From Macrostomum lignano (Eukaryota): a DNA stretch of 64,000 nt. This document shows positions 1 through 13,330 of the stretch, piece by piece. The notes beneath the pieces are model-generated. The model worked only from the letters and a program-made list of their open reading frames with translations. It searched no databases and was not told where the DNA came from. The translations under genes were made by a program, and so were the position numbers. Within the stretch, counting starts at the first letter, position 1, and every line of letters starts with the position of its first letter. The stretch spans positions 62,001 through 126,000 of the forward strand of contig NIVC01002267.1 in the NCBI GenBank assembly GCA_002269645.1, given 5' to 3'.

Positions 1-3000
1 TAAGCCGTATCGTTTACGTGCTTTAAAATTGCCGCAAAATCAAGGCGCGAATGAATTATGAAATTTTTCACCGCCTCCAAAGCGGCGCAGCAACAAATCA
101 GATGATAATTTGGCGGCGCGGCCCACAGCACCTCCCATAGGCGGTAGATCTCCGTGATGTTAAATTCGCGTTTAAACCAAACTAGAATCCAACGGAAGCA
201 GAAATACATATTAGCTGCGTCCTGTGGGTAAATAATTCGAGTATTTCATTCACTTTGAAAATAAAAAAATTTTTTTGAAATGCAAATATGATTAGTGCGC
301 TACTAACAGTAGGCAAAAAAGTTTAATTGATTGAGAAACAAACCAAATAAAAACTGTGGAAAAAAATTATCATTATACCTGCTGGTCAAGGTAGGCGGAC
401 AGATCCGGCAGCAGCAGGGACACGAGGAGGTTCAGCTGAGACAACTGCAGCTTAGTACCAGCTTGGTCTAAATCGAAATTGCGTTCAACTCTAGTTAAAA
501 AGCCGGCAAAGCACCAGAATGCGTCCACTTCGCTCTCCATAATGACTAACAATGGCGATAGTAGGTCGGACATTCCCTGAACGTAGCCCAGATCGAAATT
601 GTACATGTTGTAGGTATTCAGAATGTCTGTGAGCAGTTCCAAACCTTTGCTATTCTCTTCGAAGTATGGCAGATTGCGGTCGGTACGAAATACGTCCTTC
701 TCAATGAGAGATCGCCGCTCGCGTAATAAGAAGAAGCGACTCTCTTGATCGGCGCTAATCGTCTTCCATTGCTGCTTCATGCGATAGTAGTCTGAGCTGT
801 AATTTAGAAAAAAATATGGTGTTGTGTAATTTTACGCTTCGCAAAGTTATTTACACAACATATCGGCAACCAGAAAAAACTTGGCACTTAAACTTAGAGA
901 CTGACTGAGAGAGAATCTCGGACAACCTTTATTGTATGAATGCTTGAAAAAGTAATTTACGCAACATATCGGTTACAAACCTTCTCTTCTTGTAGATCCC
1001 TTCAATCTCCTCAGTAGACGCTTCCCATGGTATATAATCCAGCAGATATTTCCACAGAGTCTTACGCAAAGACATCTGCATTCCACCGCGAAAGATTTTC
1101 TGTTTTAACTCGTCAACACGCAGTACTTGACCATTCGAATCCAGATGGAGCTTGAATTCAGCCTCAGTGACCTCCGGGCCTCGGGCAACCGAATGCAACT
1201 TAGATAAGACAGTCGGCTTGCTAAATACTTCGAAGCCGTCTTCAACTGAGGAGGCCAGAACCATGGGATCAGCAGGCGTATCCAGCTGGCGATAAGTTGG
1301 CATCTGATACGGCTCGTACAGTCTGTGCTGTGAAGAGACGCCGCCATAGGCGTAATCCGAGGCGACTCGAGCGATTTTGCTTAACTCATTCAGCCCAGTA
1401 GTGTACGGATCGCGGACAAATCGAGTCAATAGAGACGGCTTTTTTCGTTGAGGAGCTGTAAAAAAGTTCAGCTCGGTCAGGGACATATGAAGGGCATCCG
1501 GATCGTGCGGCTTCGTTGTAAAGAAATGCGTGGCTGCATCCGCCCTGCGTGAAAGATGCCGATTTTTGTAATAGGTACGAGCGTAGATGATGATGATCGG
1601 TGATGCTTACAGACTACAGACTACAGATTACAGAAATGCATATGCATGATTCTCAATCGTCATTCTTGGTAGAGTTTCTTGATGATTCTCGGGGTTTCTA
1701 ATGAATTTGAAGAGTTTCTTGATGATTCTCCGGGGTTTGTAATGATTTTGAAGAGTTTTTTGATGATTCTCTGGTATTTCTAATGATTTTGAAGAGTTTT
1801 TTATGATTCTCCGGGGTTTGTAATGATTTTGAAGAGTTTTTTGATGATTCTCTGGGGTTTCTAATGATTTTGAAGAGTTTCTTGATGATTCTCCGGGGTT
1901 TAAAATGATTTTGAAGAGTTTCTTGATGATTCTCCGGGGTTTAAAATGATTTTGAAGAGTTTCTTGATGATTCTCCGGGGTTTAAAATGATTTTGAAGAG
2001 TTTTTTTGATGATTATCTGGGGTTTAAAATGATTTTGAAGAGTTTTTTGATGATTCTCCGGGGTTTCTAATGATTTTTAAAATTTTCTCGAGGATTCTAG
2101 GGTTTCTATTATCTAATGATTTTTTAAGAGTTTCCTGATGATTCTCGGGTTTTTTTGATGATTCTTGGAAGTTGCTTGATGATTCTGAGATGATATTGAG
2201 GCAAGTTTCTCAATAATCATTCGATCATAATCATTTCCAACTGATTCTCTAGTAAAACATGACATTAAAGAACGGCAAAGTTTTGAGGCTGAGAATCATC
2301 TATGAAATGTCCTAATAAAAACCACACACACCCTCAATTTTACCCCAGCTAATGCTGGCACCCATTTTACAGCTGGGTGAACTGAAGCAATGCTGAGTAA
2401 AGTTGGGAGCACGAGACTTGCCCGCAGGCGAAGTGCCCGCCGAGATTTGCCCGCAGGAGATTTGCCCGTCGAGATTTGCCCGCCGAGGTTTGCCCGCAGA
2501 GATTTGCCCGCAGTGCATTCTGCCCGCAGGAGATTTGCCCGTCGAGATTTGCCCGTCGAGATTTGCCCGTCGAGATTTGCCCGTCGAGATTTTCCCGTCG
2601 AGATTTGCCCGCAGAGATTTTCCCGTCGAGATTTGCCCGCAGAGATTTTCCCGTCGAGATTTGCCCGCAGAGATTTGCCCGCAGAGATTTGCCCGCAGAG
2701 ATTTTCCCGCAATGCAGTTTTAATCTTGCAAAAATCGACTTATACTTATCGAAATTATTTACCTGCCAGATTTCAACCGTGTGAATCTGAAACTCTTACT
2801 GCCGCAAATGCATAAGATATTTCTTTGGCATTTCGCAGACACCTCAAATTTCCTTTCTGCTAAATTACTGTAGCCTGTTCTATAATCTTTTGTAGCAGCA
2901 ATTTTTTGCTGGTGCCTGGTGGTAGGGATGGTAAAATCCCGGCTAGTTTCCAATCCCAGGATTGTCGGGTTCGGGATATTCCTGTCCAACTCCCATAAAA

Positions 3001-6000
3001 TCCCCAGCATTTTCAGTCCCAGCAAATCCCGAAAAATTGAAATCCCGCTGAATGGTGGGCAATTTTAAGTCCTGAGATTGGAATTCCAGGTGTTTGCTCT
3101 CAAATCCCGGTCCCGGTATTGGAATCTCTAGCTGGTGGAGCGCTGTCTGTTTCAAATTCACATGTCAGCCGCCTGGATTTTATCACCTCGATCTGCTCAA
3201 CCACCGAACGACAAATCCAGTAAATAAGCCATGGAGTCCTATATGGTGCATGTCGGGGACCCCACGACATTTTATAATCTGGCCCTTACATAGAGTATGA
3301 GTATGCAGAGCATTTTCTAAAAACATCGCCTTGTGCATGTGGCGACGGGCAGCTGGCTTATCTATATAACAAATTTAATGAAATTTAAAGACCTGCTTAT
3401 TAACTCCTCGCTAAAGATCCAGAAAGCAGTGTAAACAAAGTCTGATGTGATTCTTTCTCGCTAATTCTATCCTGGACCCCTATATCTCAATTCCCAGTCT
3501 TCGATAAAATGTCCATAAAATCTGTCTGGATTTCATTCTCTCTGGGTCTGGGTCTGGGTCTGGGTCTCTCATTCTCTCTTCTCTTTCTGATTGGCTGCAG
3601 GCACCCCACCCCTTTAGCCTCCTTCTTGTCTTGCGTGCCCCTCATTCCTTTGATCGCGCCTCCTAACCCAACCCCTCTCTTTGCCCACCCCTCCTTTCTC
3701 TCAACCCCCTGTTATCTCCTATAATATATAAATACACTGCCCTTCCTTACTGCTTAGTGTATTCAACTTTAGTCTGGTCAAGTTAGACTGCGACAACTCT
3801 ACATATATAAAGTGAATTTCAAGACAACGTTAATAACAAGCAGACCACATGGAAGCAGCTCCTCCCATCGCTGTGCGCTTTAGTGCAACAATTCGTGGGA
3901 AGCGCAAAGCAGCCTGCGAAGGCTACTACTTTACACTTGAAAGAACTAGCCTGGTCGACGAAGAGGTGTCATTTTGGCAGTGTGAAGAACGGCGCTTGGG
4001 ATCATGTCCTGCTCGAATCCACATCCGGAATGGCTTTAAAGTGCGACAGCTGAATGACCACAATCACGGACCTGACGGCTCTCGATTCCAAGTTCTTGAG
4101 GCTCTTCGGGAGATTAAATCGGATGCCAGGAACACCGTGAATTCGACGGCAAATATCGTCATGGAACACACAAATGGGCTGTCTGAGTGTGCAGGCATAG
4201 CCCTTCCATCTCAAAGCGCATTAAAGCGGCAAGTTCAAGATGTTCGTCAAACGCACCAAGGTCTTCCAGTACAGCCGCTCAACCGAGCCGAGCTCATTAT
4301 ACCTGAAGAATTTCAATTCAACAACGGAGCACTGTTTCTGCTGCATGACTCCGGACAGGACAACAATCGAATTTTAATCTTCGGTAGCGAGGATAACATT
4401 CAAGCCCTGCAATTGGCGACAGATTTCTTCTCGGACGGCACATTCGATGCCTCGCCGCCACTGTTCGCTCAACTGGTGACAGTGCATGCCGAACTTCAAG
4501 GCTTCATAAGACCACTCATCTACGCATTGCTACCCAACAAGACCGAAGCAACGTACTGTCGATTTTACGAGGCTCTGCATCAATTGGCGCCGAACATGAG
4601 GCCACTTCGCTGGATGTCAGATTTTGAGCGAGCTAACATGAATGCTGTTCAGCATGTCTTTGGCATCGAGTCAACAGGCTGTCTATTTCACTTCGTTCAG
4701 TGCGTGTACAGAAGAGCAGTTGCTGAGGGATTAAAGCGTCAGATTGAAGAAGAAGATGGCGAGATGTCCGTCTGGCTGCGTTGCCTTTCTGCTTTGGCCT
4801 TTGTGCCTATTAATAGTGTTCCAGCAGCATTTGATGAGTTAATAATGCTGCCTGACTTTCCTGCGGAGATGGCTTCAACAGCAGACTATTTTGAAGCCCA
4901 GTGGGTCGGCCATCGACTTCCTGGCGGAGGAAGACGGCAGCCTCGATTCTCACCTTCAATTTGGAATGTTCGTGAGCGAACTTTGAATGGACTTCATCGC
5001 ACGAACAACGCAGTTGAAGCCTGGCATAGGAGGTTCCAGTCAATTCTGGGTTGCAGCAATCCGAATGTTTTTCGGCTCATGAAGGACCTCAAAAAGGAAG
5101 TCGAACACCAGGCACTGCTGATGCAGCGAGCCAACGCTGGTGAAGCACCGAAGGAGCGGAAGAGATACGTGCAGAGCAACGCGATGCTTCTTCGCGTCAC
5201 GCAGCGTTGGAACGTCGAAGGTGGCGGTCTGCCTGCTGACTTTCCTTTGCGTTCCTACCTGAGGGGCATCGCTCACCATTTGAAGAAGTGATCTGATTGA
5301 CAACGGTAGCTATCCTTACAATTTTGGTTTCTTGCTGCACTACACTAAGAAGCAATAAATTTAATATTCTGTGCTCTAGTTTCATTGTGGCCTATATAAT
5401 AATAGTTCCCGCTTCCATGGGATTCGCAAAGGCATTCACTTTGTGCACTTTAAACCCTCGTATTTAGCACTGCGGTTGCTTCTAGTTTCTGAAATTTGGT
5501 TAGGTCAGAGAAGTTCAGTGAACCCACAGTCTTCTGCCTACATAACAACTCACCCCTCCTCCCCATTCCCTTCCCTTCCTCTTGTAGGTTGCCATTGTAA
5601 CTGTATCACTGAATGCTTTTGTTGCCATGTACTCCGTCATCCACCTGTTCCTGTCTTGCGATGCACAGTAAATGTTAACAATTGGTCAATCATTTTCATA
5701 TTGTTTTCATTATTGCTCAATCAAAAGTTATCGTTAAGCGAATGCAAAGTGAAAAATGCAGTAGAGTACAAAGTTGTTTTAAGTAATTGAACCCAAGGAC
5801 TTGATTGAAAGGGAATGAATAGGGAAGGATCAAATGGATGTGCTGGCGCTGCACATCGGAAGATTTGCTCCTTTGGGGTGCTAAATTCCGTTAATGTGTG
5901 AGCTAAGTAGAGTGAAAATTGCTAATTTACCTACTGCAATTCATTTTCGCTTGTATTATGCATGCATAGTGATTGTACAATCGCTGTTGAACCTGTTAAT

Positions 6001-7216
6001 TCGCAATTAATGCCAATGATACCTACAGCCTCACCATCTTTTGACTTGCGACGCTTAAATACCTTGTTCTACTTTTTGCCAAGTGAATGTACAAAAATAG
6101 CTATTGTATTGTGCGGTTCTGTCAAGGGAAAAATAAAGTCATTACCTTATTAAAATATGCGACAAGCTATGTGAGCTGCTCCACCAGCAAAAAATTGCTG
6201 CCACAAAAGATTATAGAACAGGCTACACTCTACAGTAATTTAGCAGAAAGGAAATTTGAGGTGTCTGCGGAATGCCAAAGAAATATCTTATGCATTTGCG
6301 GCAGTAAGAGTTTCAGATTCACACGGTTGAAATCTGGCAGGTAAATAATTTCGATAAGTATAAGTCGATTTTTGCAAGATTAAAACTGCATTGCGGGAAA
6401 ATCTCTGCGGGCAAATCTCTGCGGGCAAATCTCTGCGGGCAAATCTCGACGGGAAAATCTCTGCGGGCAAATCTCGACGGGAAAATCTCTGCGGGCAAAT
6501 CTCGACGGGCAAATCTCGACGGGCAAATCTCGACGGGCAAATCTCGACGGGCAAATCTCCTGCGGGCAGAATGCACTGCGGGCAAATCTCTGCGGGCAAA
6601 CCTCGGCGGGCAAATCTCGACGGGCAAATCTCCTGCGGGCAAATCTCGGCGGGCAGTTCGCCTGCGGGCAAGTCTCATGGACCCAGTAAAGTTGTCTTGC
6701 TCAAGGACACACAATTTGTTTCAAGTGGATCGAGAATCGAACCTCCGACCTTTCAATCGTAAGACCAACGCTCTAAGCAACTAGGCTGCAACCTTCCCAT
6801 CATAAGAAGAATCTATCAACTCACAAAGACACAACAAAATGACTAGCCAAGTGCTCTGTGAGCCTTTGCAAATTATTGGCATCGTCCATGTACAACGGGC
6901 CCTTCTTTTGACCGTCGTCCAAATGAAAGGAAATGCTCGGCGCCCCTTTGCTAGGAGTTTTTATCGCTGTAAAGCCTTTCAAGCAGTGCAGTTCAAATTC
7001 GAACGAGTAGGTCTCCAGAGCTGGCTGAGATCGGCTGACTGCGGCACTGCCAGCGCTGGACGCCTGCGTGGCCAGTTGTACAGGCGTCAAGTAGATGTAC
7101 AACTCCCTGTTGGCAGCCTCCCGACCAATTCTTAGATCAGCATCTACTCTTATTGGTGGTTGATATTGTCTGTCCAACAGGTGGACACCCTGTGGCAGGT
7201 AGAATAGCGTCTCCAT
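1..7216 (-). CDS. TBC1D15: TBC1D15/TBC1D17-like Rab7 GTPase-activating protein, multi-exon, 3' end outside the window
   Basis: Exons 7216-6825, 1544-981, 796-379 and 221-<1 join in phase with GT/AG sites (TT|gtgagt, cacgcag|G, AG|gtttgt, ttacag|C, CAG|gtataa, cccacag|GAC). The peptide has TBC-domain hallmarks IFRGG..LRKTLWKYLL, LIEKDVFRTDR, YVQGMSDLLSP, EVDAFWCF and MYFCFRWILVWFKREF, plus the DPYTT and GFEV segments recalled from TBC1D15/17. Confidence 0.92.
1665..2190. repeat. Intronic minisatellite, ~40-bp unit (TGATGATTCTCCGGGGTTTnnAATGATTTTGAAGAGTTTT)
   Basis: About 12 tandem, slightly divergent copies visible in TBC1D15 intron 1. Confidence 0.9.
2405..6684 (+). mobile_element. Mutator-superfamily (Phantom/MULE-type) DNA transposon with ~500-bp TIRs and a 9-bp TSD
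   Basis: TIRs 2405-2914 and 6182-6684 are near-perfect reverse complements carrying tandem 15-bp GAGATTTGCCCGTC/CA subterminal units. Termini read GGGAGCACGAGAC and GGGTCCATGAGAC. The identical 9-mer AGTAAAGTT flanks both sides (2396-2404, 6685-6693). A transposase ORF lies inside. Confidence 0.93.
3849..5291 (+). CDS. MULE DDE transposase with N-terminal FLYWCH zinc finger, 480 aa, intronless
   Basis: FLYWCH-like GYYF...FWQC...CPARI...HNH. MULE core FFSDGTF, PLIYALLPNKTEATY, MSDFERA, GCLFHFVQ and RTNNAVEAWHRRF. TATATAAA lies upstream (~3804) and AATAAA downstream (~5353). Confidence 0.93.
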   Translation: MEAAPPIAVRFSATIRGKRKAACEGYYFTLERTSLVDEEVSFWQCEERRLGSCPARIHIRNGFKVRQLNDHNHGPDGSRFQVLEALREIKSDARNTVNSTANIVMEHTNGLSECAGIALPSQSALKRQVQDVRQTHQGLPVQPLNRAELIIPEEFQFNNGALFLLHDSGQDNNRILIFGSEDNIQALQLATDFFSDGTFDASPPLFAQLVTVHAELQGFIRPLIYALLPNKTEATYCRFYEALHQLAPNMRPLRWMSDFERANMNAVQHVFGIESTGCLFHFVQCVYRRAVAEGLKRQIEEEDGEMSVWLRCLSALAFVPINSVPAAFDELIMLPDFPAEMASTADYFEAQWVGHRLPGGGRRQPRFSPSIWNVRERTLNGLHRTNNAVEAWHRRFQSILGCSNPNVFRLMKDLKKEVEHQALLMQRANAGEAPKERKRYVQSNAMLLRVTQRWNVEGGGLPADFPLRSYLRGIAHHLKK

Positions 7217-7285
7217 GCATTACAAAATATGCCAAGTCGATTTACTGAGAATTGATAGTGCAGAATAGGTCAGTGATTGATTTCA

Positions 7286-8190
7286 CATATATGTGCAAGT
7301 GCAACCCCCCCTGATTTACACTGATTTACTCTTTGACCAAAAAATGCAACTTACTTGTGAAAGAAACCTAAGGAAAATTAACATTTTGGGTATACGGCAG
7401 GAGTAACTTTGACTGTTATAATATTAGGACTGAATACCTTCACATCTACTTAGTTCTAAATTTTTTGGGTGGGCATTTTTGCAATTTACCTTGGCTGGGC
7501 CTCTTGCCAGCCAGCCTAATCAACTTTCATATCAAAGCAAAAAAGGGATGTTGATATCTTAGGCTAGATAGTGGACTTTAGGATAGATACCTTTTTGCTT
7601 TAAATGCTATTTAACAACTAACAATAGTGACAAATGCAACCTCTCATGTATATCTACTGTCTTATATTAGTATATTATATTAGTTAGTTCTAGTATAAGT
7701 TATGACTTAGTTGGCTCTAGTTATAGCTTGTTTTTGTTTTTTTACTTCTCTTTTTTATAGCATGTTTCATTCTTTGCTTCTTTTCTCCTCTTTTTGAATA
7801 TTTTCTCTTATCTTATTATTTTGCCTTTTTGTATTTGGGGAAGGAGTTAATTTTGTCAAATTAAAATAAAGTAAAAAACCTTATATATGAGCAATACCTA
7901 ATCAACCTAGGCAATCTATCTAAGCATACATGCGCAACTGCTGGCCGACCTAGCCAATTGTGGTGGACCAGGGGTAAGTCACAAAAATGCACACCCCAAA
8001 GAACACAGACGTAGTACTAATTAGATGACGAGGCATTTAGCCCATATAAGACAGTCAAAGTGCTTTATTTTAATTTTATTTTAATATTTTAAGTGCTTAA
8101 TTTTGCTTTAGGGTTTCTTTCACAGATAAGTTGCATTTTTGATCAAAAAGTTGCATGGTCAGTGTAAATCAGGGGTGTTGCACATGTATG
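7286..8190. mobile_element. Non-autonomous DNA element with ~90-bp inverted ends; a degraded partial relative lies at ~15250-15560
   Basis: TGCAACCCCCCCTGATTTACACTGA...AAAATGCAACTTACTTGTGAAAGAAACC (7300-7370) is mirrored by GGTTTCTTTCACAGATAAGTTGCATTTTT...TCAGTGTAAATCAGGGGTGTTGCA (8111-8182). No clear TSD seen. Confidence 0.6.
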
Positions 8191-8459
8191 TATCTAAGTG
8201 AGGAGTTTTAGGATAAGTATTGTTCTATTCAAGTTGAAGAGAACAAGATAAGTCAAAAGCTTAAAAGCCTGCATTACTTATGTCAAGCAACAATTTAAAA
8301 TGCCAATTTGACAATAGATTAGGCTTAAGTAGGCCATAGAATAAAGAATAATCTGCAAAAGTAAAGTAAATAGTATAAAAACAAGTAAATAAGATGATAG
8401 ATATATTTCTACTTAGAAAAAAGTAGGCATAAATGCAACTTAACTAAGTAATATAAAAG

Positions 8460-8642
8460 TAGTGGTGCAACCAAGGGGGGATAGGGAGCGAGGAAATTGC
8501 CTTCCCTTAGGTAGAGACCAAAAAAAATCAAAGGGGGACCAAGAAAATTTTGCAAAAAAACAGAGCCACCCCTCTACCCCCTCCTAGGTCTTTACCTTCT
8601 AGAATCTGCCCCTCTATCAAAACCTTTCTAGTTGCATTACTG
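8460..8642. mobile_element. Old hAT-type MITE with an 8-bp TSD
   Basis: Degenerate TIRs TAGTGGTGCAACCAA and CTAGTTGCATTACTG, flanked by the identical 8-mer TATAAAAG (8452-8459 and 8643-8650). Confidence 0.7.
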
Positions 8643-10357
8643 TATAAAAGCTAATTGCATACCACATTCTGGATCATGTAGTATATGCCCAAAAATTTAG
8701 TCATGCATTGGTCTTGCATACCAAAAGTAGTTGGCATGCATCACTCATAAGAAAATAGTATACATGCACACCTGGCATATATTTTATAGAATTGTGCAGA
8801 GTTATTGTGAAGTAGAAATAAGATGAAAAAAGTTGATTTTAAGTATAAATTTCAAGCTTTCCATGTTTAGCTTATAAGGAAGTATTTAAACAATTTTTTG
8901 CATGTATCAATTTTCTACTAAAATAGTATTGCCAAAAAAGTAGAAAAAGTAACCAAATGCCCTAGCACAGGCATTTTATTGCCCTAGCACTGGTATAAAT
9001 GGGGGAATATATACCATTTATTGTCACAACAGCAGCATAGTTTTGAGCATGGGTATGCACTCAATTTTTTTAGAGTGCATTTGTAATTATCTGATTTTTG
9101 TTAGGGCGTATACCTAACCCAGCATGATCTGGACAATAGATTGCATGTCAATGTTTACCAAAAACTAAAATTCCAAGCTAGAACTTTTCTTAAAGAGCCA
9201 TTTGAATAAAAGACAAATCGACAAAAATAAAGGTTTTCTATTTTAATTTGACTAAAAGGCTAATTCAATAAAGACTTTTATAAGAGTAACAATGACATGA
9301 TTTGCTAATATATATACAGAATGCAACAGAAAACAATCTTTATTAAAAAGTTTTTTATAAATAAATAGCTTTAGTATTAATCATAAAAAGAAAATGCATT
9401 AAGATAAAATACATAATACTACAAAAATATTTTGCTTTTGTTATAGCTAGAGCCAAGGAAAAACTTTCTATTGTAACTAATCTTTTGTTTTAGATATGCC
9501 TTATACTTAAAATTTTAACAAAATTCTTAGTGTTTCTATTTATAATATAAGCACTTAGAAATTTCATTTTTATTAAATTAGCTTTGTTTCTATAGGGCCT
9601 AGTCAGGCAACAACTTTCAGTACATATAAACACCTAGATATATAGAATTTCTAGGCCCTATTCTATTGGCGCATGACCAAGGTCCGAGATGGCCACAGCT
9701 CTGAATGGCTGCTTGGATAGGAATAGGTCTATATATTTCCTCATTTCCTATTGGCTGTGATTGGGGTGAGGTATGACCTAGCTTCAAGTCTACGAGAAGA
9801 TAGATTTCATTAATGAAATTAGATTAGTAAAACACTTCCCTTTACAGCAGGTATTACTACTTATTAAGGCTAGTAGCACTACTAGCATAAGACATTTGAT
9901 TTTTGTATCATAGATAATAGTTTCAAACCTATCTCAATATACTAAAACTGACATGTTGTTTTTATATGTTAAAAGTTAAAGGTAGAGGGTAAAGGTATTA
10001 GTTATGATAGAAGTAAGCAAAAATTGGAGTGCCCTCTTATCTCTGATCTTTTCTCTCATCTCTGCACTCTTGTCTCTTATCTTTTCTCTCTCATCTCTGC
10101 CCTCTCCTGTACCATCTTTCTCTCTCATGTCTGCCCTCTTCTCTCTTTTCTCTCTCATCTCTGCCATCTCATCTCATCTCAAAGGATTTTTCTAGCTTTT
10201 TTAACTCGTTATGATCTGAAATGGCAATAAGGTATGGGTGGCATGGATAGATGACAACATGCGCTTTGCTCCCTCCTTTACCTCCTTTGCTGCCTCGTTT
10301 GGGGTTTTTTATGGTGCTGATTTCAAATTTGAGCTTAATTTTTTTGTAGCTTAAAGT

Positions 10358-10826
10358 CAACCACCGGGACATGGGGAATGGGGGTTTTAGGGTGGGGAGA
10401 ATCTTCATAGGAATTGATTTTATCTACTTAAACTTCAATAGAGGCATGGATCTATTGAAGATTAGGTAGGTAAATTCTAAACCCAAGGGGGGTCTGATGA
10501 GGGAGGGTCTGACAAGGGGGGGGGGTGGGCCAATAACTACCAACCACTGGGACATGGGGAATGGGGGTTTTAAGATAGGGAAAATCTTCATGGGGATTGA
10601 TTTTACCTACCTAAACTTCAATAGAGGCATGGGGATCTATTGAAGATTAGGTAGATAAATTCTAAACCTAAGGGGGTTTAATGAAGGGGGGATGGCCAAT
10701 AATCACCAACCATTAGGACATGGGGAATGGGGGTTTAGGGTAGGGAGAATCTTCATTGGGATTGATTTTACCTACCTAAACTTCAATAGAGGCATGGGGG
10801 TCTATTGTAGATTAGGTAGATAAATT
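10358..10826. repeat. Tandem repeat, ~170-180-bp unit, about 2.7 copies
   Basis: CAACCAC/T..GGACATGGGGAATGGGGG...TTCAATAGAGGCATGG..TCTATTGAAGATTAGGTAG recurs at ~10358, ~10540 and ~10707. Confidence 0.85.
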
Positions 10827-12034
10827 TGGAGACTGAGGGTTCCAGAGTGAATTGTAATGAAGCTTAAATAAAAACTTTCAGTCAGCAAGTTATCAAACAC
10901 TTCCATTGAGAAAAATTATAATCTTATCAAAGTAATTAATATCAGCAGCTATAATTACCTTTCAGAATAGAGAAGATAATGCAGATTAATAGAAATTAAG
11001 TATAGGTAAACATTTAAAGAATGTACAGCTAGTCACAACCATGAGGGAACAATAGCAAATCAAAAGCAGGAGGCAAAGGCAGTGGCAAACCGTGAGTCAG
11101 CATTTTTTTAAAACACTAATTTGATGTAGCACTTTTGGTGCACTATAACAGACTGAGTGAAGATAAATTAGAATAGACACTCATTTTATTGGAGTTGAAA
11201 ATCTAACCTCTTAAATGTTTTTTTACAATAAATTCATTAAAATTTTAGACAATATTTACATTTGAGAGCCATGATTCTAAAAAAGTTTTATTTTAAATTT
11301 TAAACATACAATTCTCTGAAACTGTTTGTATCGAATTATCATTAATTACATAGGGGATAAACAAATTGAGCTCTTGTTAACTCTGACGGTAATTTTTTGC
11401 AGTTTTCTTTGCTTTATTATTATTTTGGACAGCCTCTAAGACTCTGGCAAAAGTTTTAGCAAAATCAGAAAATCGGAAGTATTTTTATGTACCTTAAGTT
11501 CAAGAAGTCTGAGATTTGTTTAATACAAAATATGTTTACATCTCTTAGGGGCCTACTATAAGTAAGAAATTAAGACTCAAAACCATTTTTGTCTTTAGCC
11601 CTGCAATATACTAATAAAATTTTGACTGCCTGTCTAAACCTCCCATTGCAATCCCACATTTCCCCACCCAAAGCTATCCAATAATAAACCAGCTGTCATT
11701 TTCTGTGACCCCCACCCCAGCTGTGGCCATCGTGGTGTGTGGCCATCTTGGTCTTACACCATTCTATTGCATTGCATTCAAATGTTTAAAAATCTGACAA
11801 ACTCATTTGCAAGTTTAATAAGACTTAGGCCTAAATAGTATAGGCCTAAACAAAGCCATATGGTATAGTATAGGCTTAAGTTAGAGTCCCTGGCTTAGAC
11901 ATTTAGACCCTAAAATAAAGGTCTTAGAGATTTAGTATATTGTGATGACTGAGCTGCTTTACTCATAATTTTTTAATTTACGCAGTCATTGTTTGCATAG
12001 TATACTGTGTAAATATTGGGTAGGCGTAGGCCTA

Positions 12035-13130
12035 ACAATCCACTTCGGTAATAGACACTTCGGTAACAGCCACTTCGGTAACAAAACATGACCACTTAGG
12101 TAACAGTAACACTAGGCCTAACAGCCATTTCGGTAACAAGTGAGAATAACAGTATACATGGATTAATTTATACGCTCCAACAAAAGAATAGGTCTATGCA
12201 AACAAACTTTAAGAAAAGACAAAACACATGCGTACCTGCATGTGTTTAACTTGTTTATTTAGAACTGTTTTAACCGATCTGAGCTTAGTTGGATCAAGGA
12301 TCTGGACGTGTACACGGGCAATTTCAGGAATCAGAACTCATGTTTATTAAAACCTAATTTGCGCTAAAATGAGGACAGTGTTAAACAAACCTTAAATGAA
12401 AATTTTACTTTAAAAACATTATAAGCTGCATGCTTTTGACTTTGAGAAAATTCTGCTTAAAAGATGTCGTAGTAAATTTAAAGTTGTTGAATAAATACAA
12501 CGCCCCCCATTAGGCGTGAAATCAATTTGAATTCAATTTAATGAGGCTCGGACGCCTCAAGTTACATTTATTATATAGTTACATTTAAATATAGAAATAG
12601 GCCTACTTTATTTTGGATTTAAATTTGAATTATTATTTATAAAAGTTATTTTCTAGGCTACTTTTTTTCAAGTATTATCATTATGACATTGACATTAGTA
12701 ATGATAGGCCTAGTACATTAATTAGTGAGTCTAGCATAGCACTAACACTAACATAAAGCTAGCAAGCCATTTCATCTAAGCTGAGTCATATTACTTATAC
12801 CTAATATGCCTAGTATAGCAAGTGCTACTGCTAATACTATAAGTATCTTACCAATAAAGGCAAGTGCATATTTGCCATGCCACTCTTAGCATTTTGTAAA
12901 CTACTTACTAGTGCTAGCTAGCTAGCCTAGACCCTACTATATTTATCATGGTAACAATCCACTTCAGTAACAGCCATTTTGGTAACAGGTGAGAATAATA
13001 TAATAGCCCTATGTATTAATTGATATGCTCCAAAAGGATATGCAAACAAATTTTAAAGAAAGACCAACAAAACATAAGGCCTATGCATGCCTGCATGTAT
13101 TTAACTTGTTTAAAAGTATTTTAACTGATC
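12035..13130. repeat. Dispersed direct duplication (~12035-12280 and ~12950-13130) with CACTTCGGTAAC subrepeats
   Basis: AACAATCCACTTC(G/A)GTAA...GGTAACA(A/G)GTGAGAATAA...ATGCAAACAAA..TTTAA...CCTGCATGT(G/A)TTTAACTTGTTT is present twice. The first copy has several CACTTCGGTAAC units, resembling subterminal repeats of a decayed DNA transposon. Confidence 0.65.
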
Positions 13131-13330
13131 TATGTTAACTAGAAAGTTTAATGATATGTGCAATAAGATATTTGATATGTTAATTATTAAACTAACTATT
13201 GCCAAACCTAATTATCATAAAATAAAGTGTTGACAGTTGTAAATCTGCTTTGTTACTAAAATGGCTGTTACCAAAGTGGATTATATTCATTTATCACGCC
13301 TAGGCCTTGAAATAGTTCTTTGCTTTATAA

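Larger units (their letters stand above)
2322..6793 (-). mobile_element. tRNA-derived SINE (copy 1), split by the Mutator insertion: head 6793-6685, tail 2404-2322
   Basis: The minus strand starts GGTTGCAGCCTAGTTGC (A-box-like) and contains GGTTCGATTC (B-box). The body continues GTGTCCTTGAGCAAGAC-AACTTTACT and resumes across the insertion with CAGCATTGCTTCAGTTCACCCAGCTGTAAAATGGGTGCCAGCA. It is colinear with the uninterrupted copy at 56198-56370. Confidence 0.85.

Noticed and set aside
2296-2815. ORFs in the left TIR (and their mirror images at 6288-6762)
   Set aside because: They are products of the 15-bp subterminal repeats of the Mutator TIRs.
2923-3193. Possible hAT MITE inside the Mutator (TAGGGATGGTAAAATCCCGG ... 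CCTGGATTTTATCACCTCGA)
   Set aside because: The ends match only about 15/20 and there is no target-site duplication, so support is insufficient.
9976-10230. Short ORFs with Leu/Ser or Arg/Glu repeats
   Set aside because: Low-complexity TC-rich tract with no coding signal.
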